Assembly (NCBI GenBank): GCA_963668315.1
Contig: OY764216.1
Location: 2,656,001-2,720,000, forward strand
Direction: 5' to 3'
DNA: 64,000 nt
Source of the DNA: Spirochaetia bacterium
GTDB lineage: Bacteria > Spirochaetota > Spirochaetia > DSM-2461
Shown one piece after another: positions 23,342-33,741 of the stretch. Made by a program: the position numbers and the translations under genes. The first letter of the stretch is position 1. The number at the start of each line of letters is the position of its first letter. Below the pieces are notes generated by a model. The model saw nothing but the letters and a program-made list of their open reading frames with translations, was not told where the DNA came from and ran no database searches.

Positions 23342-24160
23342 TCAGGCGAAAAGCAGCAGACTCACTGCCATCACAGCCATACCGGCGATAAGCCCCCCTA
23401 TGGCGACATGATGCTCGCCGTACTCTTCCGCCGTGGGGAGAAGTTCATCCAGGGATATATAGACCATGATCCCCGCCACTCCGGCGAAAATGAGCCCGAA
23501 GGTGGTCTCATTGAAAACGGAACGCAGGATAAAATACCCCAGGAGGGCTCCGACCGGTTCGGCCAGTCCCGAGAGAAAAGAAAGCCAGAACGCCTTTCTG
23601 CGGCTTTTCGTCGCGTAATGGATGGGCACGGAAACGGCGATTCCTTCGGGTATGTTGTGTATGGCAATGGCCACGGCAATGCTGATACCCATTGTGGGAT
23701 CGGTCAATCCTCCCATAAATGTGGCGAGCCCTTCGGGGAAATTATGAATGCCGATGGCCAGAGCGGAAAACAGTCCCATCCTCATCAGGCGCTGATCTGT
23801 CTTTTGGGAAACAGGCGTATTTTCATCTTCCAGATCTATGTTGCTGATTTCGTGGGGATTCTCGTATTCGGGTATCAATTTATCAATCAGGGCGATAATG
23901 GCAATGCCCGCAAAGAAAGCTACGGTTGTTAAAACATATCCTTTCTTTTCTCCCAGAACGTCCCCCAGGGAATCCTTTGCTTTGACAAATATCTCGATCA
24001 TGGAGACATAAATCATCACGCCAGCCGAAAATCCTAAAGCTCCGGCCAGAAATTTAGGGTTGAATTTCTTTGATAGAAAAGACATGAGACTTCCCACTCC
24101 CGTGGCAAGGCCAGCGAAGAGGGTAAGCCCAAGGGCAAACCAGAAACTACTTGATTCCAT
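23342..24160 (-). CDS. zupT: ZIP-family zinc/divalent metal transporter
   Basis: GFSAGVMIYVS, HNFPEG, HNIPEG, LSGLAEP. Confidence 0.95.
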   Translation of the reverse strand: MESSSFWFALGLTLFAGLATGVGSLMSFLSKKFNPKFLAGALGFSAGVMIYVSMIEIFVKAKDSLGDVLGEKKGYVLTTVAFFAGIAIIALIDKLIPEYENPHEISNIDLEDENTPVSQKTDQRLMRMGLFSALAIGIHNFPEGLATFMGGLTDPTMGISIAVAIAIHNIPEGIAVSVPIHYATKSRRKAFWLSFLSGLAEPVGALLGYFILRSVFNETTFGLIFAGVAGIMVYISLDELLPTAEEYGEHHVAIGGLIAGMAVMAVSLLLFA

Positions 24161-24345
24161 AAATATCTCCCTATATAGAATAATACAACAACTATAATAG
24201 GATAAAGAGATCTTTTCAATTCATTTTACTTAGGATGCTCATTGGGGTGGCGGGAGTAGATATAAACGGATACGGAGGATCTCAAGGGGCTATTCATCTG
24301 ATATGGGGATCATCTCAACATATAATTTATTGCAATGAATACTTT

Positions 24346-25236
24346 GTAAACATCCTCATGAACAGTTTCTACGGCGTCATGGGCACCACGGGGTGCCGCT
24401 TTTACCACGAAGACCTGCCCACGGCCATCACCGGGACGGGGCAGTGGATACTCAAGGAGAGCACAGCCTATCTGAAAGACCGAGGCTTTGCGGTGATCTA
24501 CGGCGATACGGACTCCCTATTTGTCTGCCTGTCCGAAAATCCGGCTGTTTCCCACGAGGAGGAAGCGGCCCGACTGACCGCCGATGTGAATAGCTGGTGG
24601 GCCGACCGGCTACAAAAGGAATTCACCCTGGAATCCCACCTGGAACTGGAGTGGGAGAAACTCTACCGCCATTTTCTCATTCCCCCCATTCGGGGCAGCA
24701 AGGAGGGGGCCACGAAACGCTATGCCGGGTTGAAAACAAACGGAGAGATAGAGTTGAAGGGGCTGGAGTTTGTTCGAAGTGACTGGACCGCACTGGCCAA
24801 GAGATTTCAGTTTGAACTGTTCGAACGGGTTTTTCGTCTTTTGGACAGAGAGAAGAAGGGAGCCGGGGAGGAGCCGCGTCACGAGCTTAAAGAGTGGATC
24901 CGCCGGTTTACCGATGATTTGAAAGAGGGCCGGTATGACGGGGAGCTGGTCTATAAAAAGCGGCTTACCAAGAGCGCCGAGGGGTATACTAAAAGTACCC
25001 CGCCCCATGTCAAAGCGGTCCGCCTGCTGGACGAAGCGGGCATCGCCCACGGCCGTGACGTGGAGTACTATATGACGCCCTCCGGCCCCGTGCCGGTCCA
25101 GCTCAGGCCTGAAGAGCTGGATTACAATCACTATCTGGATAAACAGATCCGCCCCCTGGCCGACGGTGTCCTGTTCGCTCTGGAACTGACCTTCGACGGG
25201 ATTATCCAGGGGGAGCAGCTGGATCTGTTCGGGTAG
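24346..25236 (+). pseudogene. polB: 5'-truncated second copy of DNA polymerase II (C-terminal ~296 codons, frame fully open)
   Basis: Homology to 11422-12312 starts abruptly at GTAAA(C)ATCCTCATGAAC. Retains NSFYG, YGDTDS, thumb and QLDLF; lacks the exonuclease domain and motif A; the motif-B Lys codon reads AAC. Confidence 0.88.
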
Positions 25237-26535
25237 CTATTTCAGGAAAATCTCCACTACGGGAACGGTCACAGGCGGTTTGATAACGGGCAGTTCCAGA
25301 ACTACCGAACCGGCTTTCTGTCTGACTCCGATATAACTGGCCGCTTCTTCACTCTCTTTTGCTTCGGTGAACTGTACTTCTGAGGCATCATTAAGAAGCT
25401 GGGCATATTCGATTTTTCCCACCATATCGTCCAGGTGGATATGACGGAAGGGCCAATTGAAGATATGCAGATAGAGCCTTTTCCCCTTCTGGGTATACCG
25501 GCAGTCGGCGGGGGGGGTGAACTCGCTCTGGGTACAGCCGTAGATGGCCCTGCCGTGGCGCTTGAGCCATTCCCCGTATACCTTCAGCGCTTCCAGGGCG
25601 CGGTAATCGAATTCCCCCCGGGCCGTGGGTCCTACGTTCATCAGCAGATTGCCTCCGCATGCCACGGAATTGACGAGCATCTGGATGAGCTGTTCGGGGC
25701 TTTTCCAGCTGGTTTCGTCCCGGTAATACCCCCATGAGCCTGAAAAGGTCTGGCAGGTTTCCCAGACTACCGGTTCCCCGTCCACTTTCACCCATTCCTG
25801 GGGCTGGTACTGTTCGGGAGTCTGCAGATCGCCGCCCATCTCCAGGCGGTCGTTCAGGATAATCTCGGGCTGAAGTTCCCTGATCATTTTAATCAGTTTC
25901 TCGCTCTGCCACTCCTCCTTGCCCTTTCCGGGGAATTTACCCAGGTCGGGGAAATTCTTCTTGTAGGAGAAATCGAACCAGAGGATGTCGATTTTGCCGA
26001 AGTTGGTCAGCAGCTCCCTGACCTGGCCGTGGAGGTATTCGGTATACTTCTCGATTTTCTTTGTTTTATTTTTCTCTTCCGCCTCCGGATCATTCCTCAG
26101 GGGATGAAGGGAGTCGATGGGAAAGTCCTCGTGATGCCAGTCCAGGAGGGAGTGGTAGAATCCTACTTTCAATCCCTCTTCCCGGAAGGCGTTGACCATG
26201 GGAGTGAGAAGATCCTTCCCTATGGGGGTATTGGGTGCTTTGTAATCGGTATAGGCCGAATCCCAGAGGCAGAAACCTTCATGGTGCTTGGTGGTGATCA
26301 CGAAATATTTCATGCCCGCCGCTTTGGCTGCCTTGGCCCAGGCTTTGGGATCGTAAAGGTCCGGTTCGAAGTGGTCAAAATACTTCTGGTAATCCTCAGT
26401 GGTGATCTCCTCTTTGTTCTTTATCCATTCGTGCCGGGCGGGAAGGGCATAAAGACCCCAGTGTATGAACATGCCGAAGCGGTCTTCAACAAACCATTTG
26501 GTATTTCCCTGCGTATCATTTTCCGGATGAAACAT
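25237..26535 (-). CDS. alpha-L-fucosidase (GH29)
   Basis: RFGMFIHWG, TTKHHEGFCLW, ILWFD, GGNLLMNVGP. Confidence 0.94.
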   Translation of the reverse strand: MFHPENDTQGNTKWFVEDRFGMFIHWGLYALPARHEWIKNKEEITTEDYQKYFDHFEPDLYDPKAWAKAAKAAGMKYFVITTKHHEGFCLWDSAYTDYKAPNTPIGKDLLTPMVNAFREEGLKVGFYHSLLDWHHEDFPIDSLHPLRNDPEAEEKNKTKKIEKYTEYLHGQVRELLTNFGKIDILWFDFSYKKNFPDLGKFPGKGKEEWQSEKLIKMIRELQPEIILNDRLEMGGDLQTPEQYQPQEWVKVDGEPVVWETCQTFSGSWGYYRDETSWKSPEQLIQMLVNSVACGGNLLMNVGPTARGEFDYRALEALKVYGEWLKRHGRAIYGCTQSEFTPPADCRYTQKGKRLYLHIFNWPFRHIHLDDMVGKIEYAQLLNDASEVQFTEAKESEEAASYIGVRQKAGSVVLELPVIKPPVTVPVVEIFLK

Positions 26536-26648
26536 GAATGCCTCCTGTATTATTCTTTGTTCCAGTATAAAGTCGGTGAGGGCATAAAAAAATGGAATGA
26601 AGAAAGATTCGTATTGTCTAAATCACAGAAAATAAATAAAATATACCG

Positions 26649-27485
26649 GTGAATTACCTCTCCTATCAGAATCTTATTCTGGATATATTCCTGGCAGGCC
26701 GGACAATTGTTACCGACCACTGGAAATCCTTCCGCTCCATTCACAGGGACGGTTATTCCCGCCTTTACCTCGTAAGGGACGGTCAGGGACAGATAAGGGT
26801 GGATGGACAGGAAATCATTCTGAAACCCGGAGATCTTGTGCTGATTCCCCGGGGACATCCGTTCCAGCTGGGAGAGGCGGAAGGAATGGACCATGTCTGG
26901 ATTCATTTTGACTGCAAAACAAAAGACGGGCTCCCCCTGTTCGATTTAATCACCCCTCCGCTCACACCCCGCCGTGCCGAAGATCGGGAAGCATTATACA
27001 TAACACAGATTTCTGAATTCTGGAACAGACCGGAGCATGGGGAATATCTCAATTGTCTTCCCCTGCTTAATCTTCTTCTCGTCCCCTATATAAGAGATTC
27101 CCGCTCCACCGTGCCCGTGGAGGACAGGCTCGGTGAAGGTCACTGGCTGTTTAATGTCCTTACCTATCTGAACGCCCATCTGGAGGAGGATATCCAAATT
27201 GCCGGTCTGGCCGGGGAACTGGGCTGCCATCCCACCTATCTTTCCAACGCGTTCAGTAAAAAATTCGGCTTGAGCCCCCGCAGTTATGTGGTCAAAAGGA
27301 GAATTGAGCAGTCCCAGCAGCTGCTCTGGCACAGCGATATCCCCGTGAAGGAGGTGGCGTCCCAGTGCGGCTTCGGCGATATTTACTATTTCTATCGCTG
27401 TTTCAAGAAACTCACCGGTCTGACGCCGGGAGAGTACAGAAAGGGAAGGGAACCCTATCAGTACGAGAAACTCATGTTCCGATGA
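26649..27485 (+). CDS. AraC-family regulator, divergent from the fucosidase
   Basis: Cupin N-terminus; VASQCGFGDIYYFYRCFKKLTGLTPGEYR. Confidence 0.93.
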   Translation: MNYLSYQNLILDIFLAGRTIVTDHWKSFRSIHRDGYSRLYLVRDGQGQIRVDGQEIILKPGDLVLIPRGHPFQLGEAEGMDHVWIHFDCKTKDGLPLFDLITPPLTPRRAEDREALYITQISEFWNRPEHGEYLNCLPLLNLLLVPYIRDSRSTVPVEDRLGEGHWLFNVLTYLNAHLEEDIQIAGLAGELGCHPTYLSNAFSKKFGLSPRSYVVKRRIEQSQQLLWHSDIPVKEVASQCGFGDIYYFYRCFKKLTGLTPGEYRKGREPYQYEKLMFR

Positions 27486-28269
27486 GGGCTTTGCTGACAC
27501 CCTTCAAAAAGCCTTCCATAATACGGAATGACTGCTTTTCCAAATCCTCCGGATAATCTCCGGGGGTATGCATGGTGCGCCAGCTTTCGGGAAGTTTGCC
27601 CTCTTCAAGGCTGAATCTCTCCTTCCAGCGTATCAGCGAGACCTGCAGCGTCAGGAAGTCATGGGCGAGAAATCCCAGGTCGTCGGAATATTTCTCCACT
27701 GCGGGAAGGGCTTTTCCCCGGCTGTAGGCGGGAATCAGGTCGATGACGGGACGGAAGAGTTCCTTCTCCCGGAGGGTGGCCGATCCGGTAAGCTTTTCTC
27801 TGCCCGTCGAGTAGACCATGGTATCGCCGATCCCGCACATATCCAGAATAATCATGACCGTCTTATCCAGACCGTTGTTTTTGAAGAGACGGCCCAGGAG
27901 GTAGGAACCCTGGTCGGCAGGTTTTTTTTTCCTGTCCAGTTCTTCCCCGTCGGTCAGAAGAATCTGGCAGTTATGGGTATAGCGGGCATCTTCCAGATAG
28001 CGGCAGAGCCGGAGGAGCTGAATAACGGAAGCGCCGTTATCGTTGGCACCGGGAGAGCCGGGAACCCGGTCGTAATGGGCCACAAGCGTTTTCAGGTAGC
28101 CCCGCTTATCGTAGGATTTTTCCCCTCCGGGACGGATGAGGAAATGGCGGAGTTCTCCCGTTCTGATAATGGAAGCCTCGATCTTTTCCCTGTTGAACCA
28201 ACTTTCCAGAAAAAGATAGCGGTCGCAGCCGGGGCGGCAGAATGGGAACAGATCTTCGTCTTCGACCAT
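27472..28269 (-). CDS. M28-family metallopeptidase-like protein
   Basis: VAHYD, GANDNGAS, TDGEE, LDMCG, SD, HTPGD. Confidence 0.88.
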   Translation of the reverse strand: MVEDEDLFPFCRPGCDRYLFLESWFNREKIEASIIRTGELRHFLIRPGGEKSYDKRGYLKTLVAHYDRVPGSPGANDNGASVIQLLRLCRYLEDARYTHNCQILLTDGEELDRKKKPADQGSYLLGRLFKNNGLDKTVMIILDMCGIGDTMVYSTGREKLTGSATLREKELFRPVIDLIPAYSRGKALPAVEKYSDDLGFLAHDFLTLQVSLIRWKERFSLEEGKLPESWRTMHTPGDYPEDLEKQSFRIMEGFLKGVSKALIGT

Positions 28270-28270
28270 A

Positions 28271-29386
28271 TCAGAAACGTTTCTTCAACTTTATCGCCCC
28301 CACAGGGCAAACCTCGTCGCAGCAGTAGCAGCGGATGCATTTCCCGTAATCGATGGTAACCCTTTTCTTTTTTCCTTCTCCCGTGAAGGAGAGGGCTTGG
28401 GCCGGGCAGATTTCAAGACATTTTCCGCATCTGATGCAATTCCTGTGACGGAAGAAGGGGCGGGGTACAATCAAATTCTTCAAAAGGGGTCTCAGAGACG
28501 GGGGTACCATGCCTACATACTGGGGTATCAGGGGGATCCTTTTAAAATCGCTGCAGACAAAGGAGTCCCTTTCCTCTCCCGTCAGTTCTATCTCATCGGG
28601 TGAATTGATCCAGAGGGGGCTTTTAAGCATGACGGCATGGATGGGCAGGGATGGCCCGTCGTAACCGATCAGTTCCGAAGCGGTTATATCCAGGGCCAGC
28701 AGATCGGCCGACCCCAGTATGACATTCATGGCCCGGGGAGTCCCGTTTCCCGGACCCCGTCCTTCCATGGCGATTATTCCGTCCATAATGGCGTAGTCGG
28801 CTTTCACCGTCAGGTTGAGGTCGGCAATGAGGCGGGCGAAGTCTTCCTTTTCGGGATAACGCATATGGAAGCCCGATTTACCCAGTCCCGGGATCAGTCC
28901 GAAAAGGTTCTTCATGGCTCCTGTAAAGTACATGAGCCCGTGGGTCTTCAATTTGGGAAGGGAGAAGATCAGGTCCGCCCGGGAAACTTCCCGGGTCAGC
29001 TGGAACTGTCGGTGGAGAACGGCGTCATCGCTTCCGGCCGTTTCGGTTTTGTCGAATAGAACCCATTCGGCGCCGGTTTCCTCGCACACCTGCCAGAGCC
29101 CCGCCTTCTTCGCGGCGGCCGCGGGTGATCCCACTCCGGGAGAATCCCCCACGAGGACCGAAGACGCACCGAGCTCCTTTACGAGATTGATCACTCCCCT
29201 CAGCAGTTCGGGGTGGGTGGTTACCGCCTTCTCGGGAGAACTGCCCGAGAGCAGGTTCGGTTTGAGAAGAACCGACTTCCCCTTAACATCGGGAAAATCG
29301 GTCAGGGAGGGGAGGCGGGACAGCTGTTCGGCTATCCGTTCCCTGTTGTACCCTTCGCAGCCGAGGAGAGCTACGGACTGACTCAT
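28271..29386 (-). CDS. DUF362-domain protein with C-terminal 2x[4Fe-4S]
   Basis: VLLKPNLL, TTHP, PKLKTH, KNLFG, EGRGP; CIRCGKCLEICP and CIRCYCCDEVCP. Confidence 0.9.
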   Translation of the reverse strand: MSQSVALLGCEGYNRERIAEQLSRLPSLTDFPDVKGKSVLLKPNLLSGSSPEKAVTTHPELLRGVINLVKELGASSVLVGDSPGVGSPAAAAKKAGLWQVCEETGAEWVLFDKTETAGSDDAVLHRQFQLTREVSRADLIFSLPKLKTHGLMYFTGAMKNLFGLIPGLGKSGFHMRYPEKEDFARLIADLNLTVKADYAIMDGIIAMEGRGPGNGTPRAMNVILGSADLLALDITASELIGYDGPSLPIHAVMLKSPLWINSPDEIELTGEERDSFVCSDFKRIPLIPQYVGMVPPSLRPLLKNLIVPRPFFRHRNCIRCGKCLEICPAQALSFTGEGKKKRVTIDYGKCIRCYCCDEVCPVGAIKLKKRF

Positions 29387-32300
29387 GTCAGGACCGCCTC
29401 TTTGGTCTCCTCAGTCCGTCCGGTTGTTTCTTCCGGGCCGCCCGCCTTTTTCTGCCTGGCGTAGAACGCTTCCTTGGCGCCCCGGGCCAGAAAATCCAGC
29501 CGGTTGACCGCGTTGACCTCGCTCGAGCCGGCATCCCAGTCCAGGTAAAGAATATTCAGGCCCTTGTGGGACTCCTTCATCTTCTTCTCCATTCCCTTGG
29601 CGATGATGTGGTTGGCGATACAGCCGAAGGGCTGAATGCAGACCACGTCGGTAATGCCGTCCTCCACAAAGGAGCCGATATCGCCTGCGATAAGCCAGGA
29701 TTCGCCGTACTGGTTCACCAGCTCTATCATCTTCTCGGCATGATCGGCCAGATGGCGTATCCGGTGGATGGGAGGCGTGGGCTGAACGGCCTTGGCCAGA
29801 ATGGCGTTGGCTTTGCTGATATGGTGATCGACAAACATCTCAGCCAGACGGAGCCCCTTCAGTTTAAGCTGATTGGACTCGTTGATGAAGTTCTTCCAGT
29901 TGTACTCTTCGGTGATGAACATGGTCAGGAAGAAGTTGATCAGCGGCGGAACTTCCGGCTCTATTCCCTGTTCCATGAGCCAGTCGGTCATGTGGCCGTT
30001 GCTGAAGGGGTTGAACTTGACGTAGATCTCTCCCACTATACCCACTTTGGGAAGGGGGGCGGGATCGACATCGATGGCGTTGAACTCTTCAACCGCTTCG
30101 TTCAGGAGAGCGTAAAGCCGTCCGGGCCGTTTGAAGTCGACCCGATCCTTGCCGAGGGAGATGTACTTTTCGGCGATCGCCCAGGTCGTCCCTTTGATCC
30201 TCTCCCGGCTGGCGTGGCTGTAGAAGAGCCTTGCCAGTACATCGGCATAGATAATGCCGAAGAGGCTGTCAAGACGGAAGGTGGAGGGTATGGCAAAGCC
30301 CGGCTGGGGATTGAGTTTCTCTCCTCCCGCATGGGTGGAGATCGTGACGACGGGAACATCGGCGAATCCCGCCCGGATAAGGGCTTTCTTGAGCATGGAG
30401 ACATAGCTGGAGGCCCGGCACTGGCCGCCCGTCTGGGTCAGGCCCACCGCAATGTTGCTTGTATCGTACTTGCCGCTCTGCAGGGCTTTGATCAGATCGC
30501 CGATGACAATGGTCGCGGGGTAGCAGATATCGTTGTTCGAGTACTTCAGCCCCGTATCGATGCTCTTTCTGTCCGGTCCGGGAAGTATTTCCAGATCGTA
30601 GCCCATATTCCGGAAGGTGCTGACCAGAAAATCCGTATAGAAGGGGGAGAACACGGGAGCCAGAATCTTCCGGCCCTTGTCTTCCAGACCGAAAACAGCC
30701 GTGTTGACTCTTTCCAGCTTCTGGGGCGTGTAGCTGTCCCCCCTCATCTTGATCGACTCGATAAGAGAGCGGATACGCAGTTTCACCGAGCCGGGGCTGG
30801 TGATTTCGTCTATTTTCACAAGGGTGGGATTCTTCCCGTATCTGTTGAGAAGCGGTTTGATTTCATCCACCGTCAAGGCGTCGGGACCGCAGCCGAAGGA
30901 GTTGAGCTGAATGACTTCCACGTTATCCTGTTCGGCCGCCCAGAGGGCCGCTTCGTAGAGACGGTTGGGGAATGTCCACTGAGTCAGAACCTTCACATCG
31001 TCCAGGGCCGCCAGCTCGGAGTGGGGAATGGAGTCTTCCGTCACCAGGTCGAGACCGAGGGAGGTAATCATTTCACCCATCTTATGGCTTATCAGGGCAT
31101 CCACATGGTAGGGCCGTCCCAGGACCATCATGACGGTCCTGTTCTCTTTCCGGGCGGCATCCATGATGCGCGCTCCCGTCTCACGGACTTCCCGGCGGTA
31201 GTCGTCCTGGGCATTCAGGGCGGAGCGGAAAGCGGACAGTATCGTCTTCTCGTCAACACCCAGACCTTTCAGGTAGGAGAGGCAGAATTTTCTGATCAGT
31301 TTCTCCGATCCGAAGGAGAGGGGGGGCCTGTCGAAAGGAACGCCCCGGGCCTCGGGGTTGATGGACGACTCGATGACCTGGGGATAACCGGTGACCACGG
31401 GACAGTTATACTGATTGTCCGCCCCGTCGAATTCGTCCCGGCTGTATCTCACCATGGGGTAGAAGATTCTGTCCACGCCCTTTTCCAGGAGATTGAAGAT
31501 GTGCCCGTTGGTCAGTTTGGCGGGAAAGCAGATGTTTTCGCTCATAACCGTTCCGTAACCCGTAGCCGCCAGAGCCATGCTGGAGGGGTCGGAGAGGACC
31601 ACTTCGAACCCGCTCTTCACGAACAGCTCGCACCAGAAGGGGAAATCATCCCACATATTCAGTACCCGGGGAATACCGATTTTAACGGGATTCTCCCTGT
31701 CCGCCGGTTTCAGGGGGCGGTCGAAGAGAAGCTCCCTTTTCAGCTGATGCATATTGGTGCCGTTCCGGCTACCCTTGAGTCGGTTGGAGAAGATTTTCTC
31801 ACATTTGTTTCCCGCATAGAAAAAGCGGGATTCGCCGTTTTCAGTAAAGGTCATCCGGGTCACCTGGCAGAAATTCTCGCAGCCCTGGCACTTGATGCGC
31901 TTTCTTTCGTAGGCCGAAGCTTTCTCCAGATCGTCCAGGCCGATGAAGGCGGTGGCCGTGGTATTCATTTTCCAGTTGTCCCGGGCGATCAGAGCGGCGC
32001 CCCATGCCCCCATCAGTTCCGAATGGGGCGGACGGACCACTTCCCGGCCCAGTACCTGTTCGGTCGCCCGGAGCACTGCCTGGTTACGGAATGTTCCTCC
32101 CTGTACGACAACATGGTCTCCCAGGAGGGAGTAATCGGTCAGTTTGAGAACCTTGTTGAAACAGTTTTTGATGACCGAGTAGGCCAGTCCCGCGGAGATT
32201 TCTCCCTGGGTGGCCCCTTCTCTCAGAGCCTGTTTCACCTTGGAGTTCATGAAGACGGTACACCGGGTTCCCAGATCGCAGGGAGCGGGAGCGTCGGTAC

Positions 32301-33741
32301 AGGCCGCCTGGGAGAACTCCTGAACGCTCATATCCAGTGAGTTGGCGAAAGTTTCGATGAAGGAGCCGCATCCGGAGGAACAGGCCTCGTTCAGCTCCAT
32401 ATTGTGGATGATGCCGTCCCTTATGAAGAGGGCCTTCATATCCTGTCCGCCGATATCCAGAATAAAGGATACCTTCGGTTCGAAGAAGCGGGCTCCCCTG
32501 AAGTGGGCGATGGTTTCCACATGTCCCTCGTCCATGGAAAAGGCAAACTGGATAAGGTCTTCGCCGTATCCCGTAACCGCCGTGCGGGCTATGTTCAATG
32601 CCAGGCCCTTGCCGGCCGCTTCCGCCTTGATCTCCTCAAGGCCGGCCTTCACCGCCTGAATGGGATTACCCCTGTTGTTGCGGTAATGCCGTGCGGCCAG
32701 ACGTCCCTCTTCGTCGAGAAGGACAATTTTCGTGGTCGTGGAACCCGAATCGATTCCCAGGAAAAGGGAGCCCTTCGAAGCTTCCTCCAGGGTCGTCTCG
32801 GCCATGGGATGGCTGTTTTTCTTCTCTTCCCACGGGGCGAATTCGCTCGGATCGGAAAAGAGGGGATCGAGCCGGTCAGACCCTTTTCCCATTCCCGCAG
32901 GACTGGCTTTCATTCTTTCCAGAAGGCTGGTGAAAGTAAAGGTCTCGTCATTATCGCTATCGGTTAGGAGGCTGGCTCCCATGGCGGGCAGCATGGCGGG
33001 ATACTCCGGTTCGAAGAGATCCGATTCCTTCAGATTCAGAACTTCCATAAAGGCCTTTCTGAGTTCGGAAGAGAAGGTGAGGGGCCCTCCGGCAAAAATG
33101 ACCTTGGGCATCAGGGCCGTGCCGCGTCCCAGGGTGTTGATGACCTGGTAGGCTACCGCTTTGTAAATGCTGGCGGCGATATCGCTGGACGGAATGTCCC
33201 GGGCTATGAGGTTCTGAATATCCGTTTTGGCGAATACCCCGCACCGGGAAGCGATGGGGTAGGTCGTTTGCGATCGGGAAGCTTCCCCATCCAGCTCCTC
33301 ATGGCTGAGGTTGAGAAGCACGGCCATCTGGTCTATGAAAGCCCCCGTTCCCCCCGCACAGTTTCCGTTCATCCGGATATCCGGCTTGATCGGATCGGTG
33401 AAGAAAATCACCTTGGAATCCTCGCCGCCCAGGTCAATAAGCATCCTCACATCGGGATAGCACTTCTTAATGACTTCCGCCGAGGCGACGACTTCCTGGG
33501 TAAAGGGCAGTCCGCATCTTTCGCTGACTCCCAGGCCGGCCGTACCCGTCAGTTTCACAACAAAATCCATATCGGGGAACTCCCGGGCTCCCTCTTCTAT
33601 GATTTCCCAGATTGTCTTATCAATTTCCGTATTATGGCGGCGGTATCTGTGGAAGAGGATCTTTCCCTCTCCGTCGGTCAGTGCCGCTTTCGCTGTGGTG
33701 GATCCGATATCGATCCCCAGTCTATATTTCATTTTTCCCAT
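29383..33741 (-). CDS. fused activase(x2)-DUF2229-dehydratase/reductase protein; probable PlsA/PlsR-type plasmalogen synthase
   Basis: Two ASKHA/BcrAD ATPase modules (GIDIGSTTAK, DLGGEDSK, CAGGTG; GIDSGSTTTK, DIGGQDMK, CSSGCG), then GIPRVL, NICFPAK, SFGCGPD, DICYPA, CRASSY, VGEIYVK, QPFGCIANH. Confidence 0.8.
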   Translation of the reverse strand: MGKMKYRLGIDIGSTTAKAALTDGEGKILFHRYRRHNTEIDKTIWEIIEEGAREFPDMDFVVKLTGTAGLGVSERCGLPFTQEVVASAEVIKKCYPDVRMLIDLGGEDSKVIFFTDPIKPDIRMNGNCAGGTGAFIDQMAVLLNLSHEELDGEASRSQTTYPIASRCGVFAKTDIQNLIARDIPSSDIAASIYKAVAYQVINTLGRGTALMPKVIFAGGPLTFSSELRKAFMEVLNLKESDLFEPEYPAMLPAMGASLLTDSDNDETFTFTSLLERMKASPAGMGKGSDRLDPLFSDPSEFAPWEEKKNSHPMAETTLEEASKGSLFLGIDSGSTTTKIVLLDEEGRLAARHYRNNRGNPIQAVKAGLEEIKAEAAGKGLALNIARTAVTGYGEDLIQFAFSMDEGHVETIAHFRGARFFEPKVSFILDIGGQDMKALFIRDGIIHNMELNEACSSGCGSFIETFANSLDMSVQEFSQAACTDAPAPCDLGTRCTVFMNSKVKQALREGATQGEISAGLAYSVIKNCFNKVLKLTDYSLLGDHVVVQGGTFRNQAVLRATEQVLGREVVRPPHSELMGAWGAALIARDNWKMNTTATAFIGLDDLEKASAYERKRIKCQGCENFCQVTRMTFTENGESRFFYAGNKCEKIFSNRLKGSRNGTNMHQLKRELLFDRPLKPADRENPVKIGIPRVLNMWDDFPFWCELFVKSGFEVVLSDPSSMALAATGYGTVMSENICFPAKLTNGHIFNLLEKGVDRIFYPMVRYSRDEFDGADNQYNCPVVTGYPQVIESSINPEARGVPFDRPPLSFGSEKLIRKFCLSYLKGLGVDEKTILSAFRSALNAQDDYRREVRETGARIMDAARKENRTVMMVLGRPYHVDALISHKMGEMITSLGLDLVTEDSIPHSELAALDDVKVLTQWTFPNRLYEAALWAAEQDNVEVIQLNSFGCGPDALTVDEIKPLLNRYGKNPTLVKIDEITSPGSVKLRIRSLIESIKMRGDSYTPQKLERVNTAVFGLEDKGRKILAPVFSPFYTDFLVSTFRNMGYDLEILPGPDRKSIDTGLKYSNNDICYPATIVIGDLIKALQSGKYDTSNIAVGLTQTGGQCRASSYVSMLKKALIRAGFADVPVVTISTHAGGEKLNPQPGFAIPSTFRLDSLFGIIYADVLARLFYSHASRERIKGTTWAIAEKYISLGKDRVDFKRPGRLYALLNEAVEEFNAIDVDPAPLPKVGIVGEIYVKFNPFSNGHMTDWLMEQGIEPEVPPLINFFLTMFITEEYNWKNFINESNQLKLKGLRLAEMFVDHHISKANAILAKAVQPTPPIHRIRHLADHAEKMIELVNQYGESWLIAGDIGSFVEDGITDVVCIQPFGCIANHIIAKGMEKKMKESHKGLNILYLDWDAGSSEVNAVNRLDFLARGAKEAFYARQKKAGGPEETTGRTEETKEAVLT

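Noticed and set aside
24244..24320. yybP-ykoY riboswitch suggested by GGGAGTAG near zupT
   Set aside because: It is on the wrong strand relative to zupT and the remaining conserved elements are missing.
24235..24360. Split intein at the PolB motif-B break, a known intein site in family-B polymerases
   Set aside because: No intein-like sequence or His-Asn terminus precedes the Ser, and the upstream polB copy is complete.
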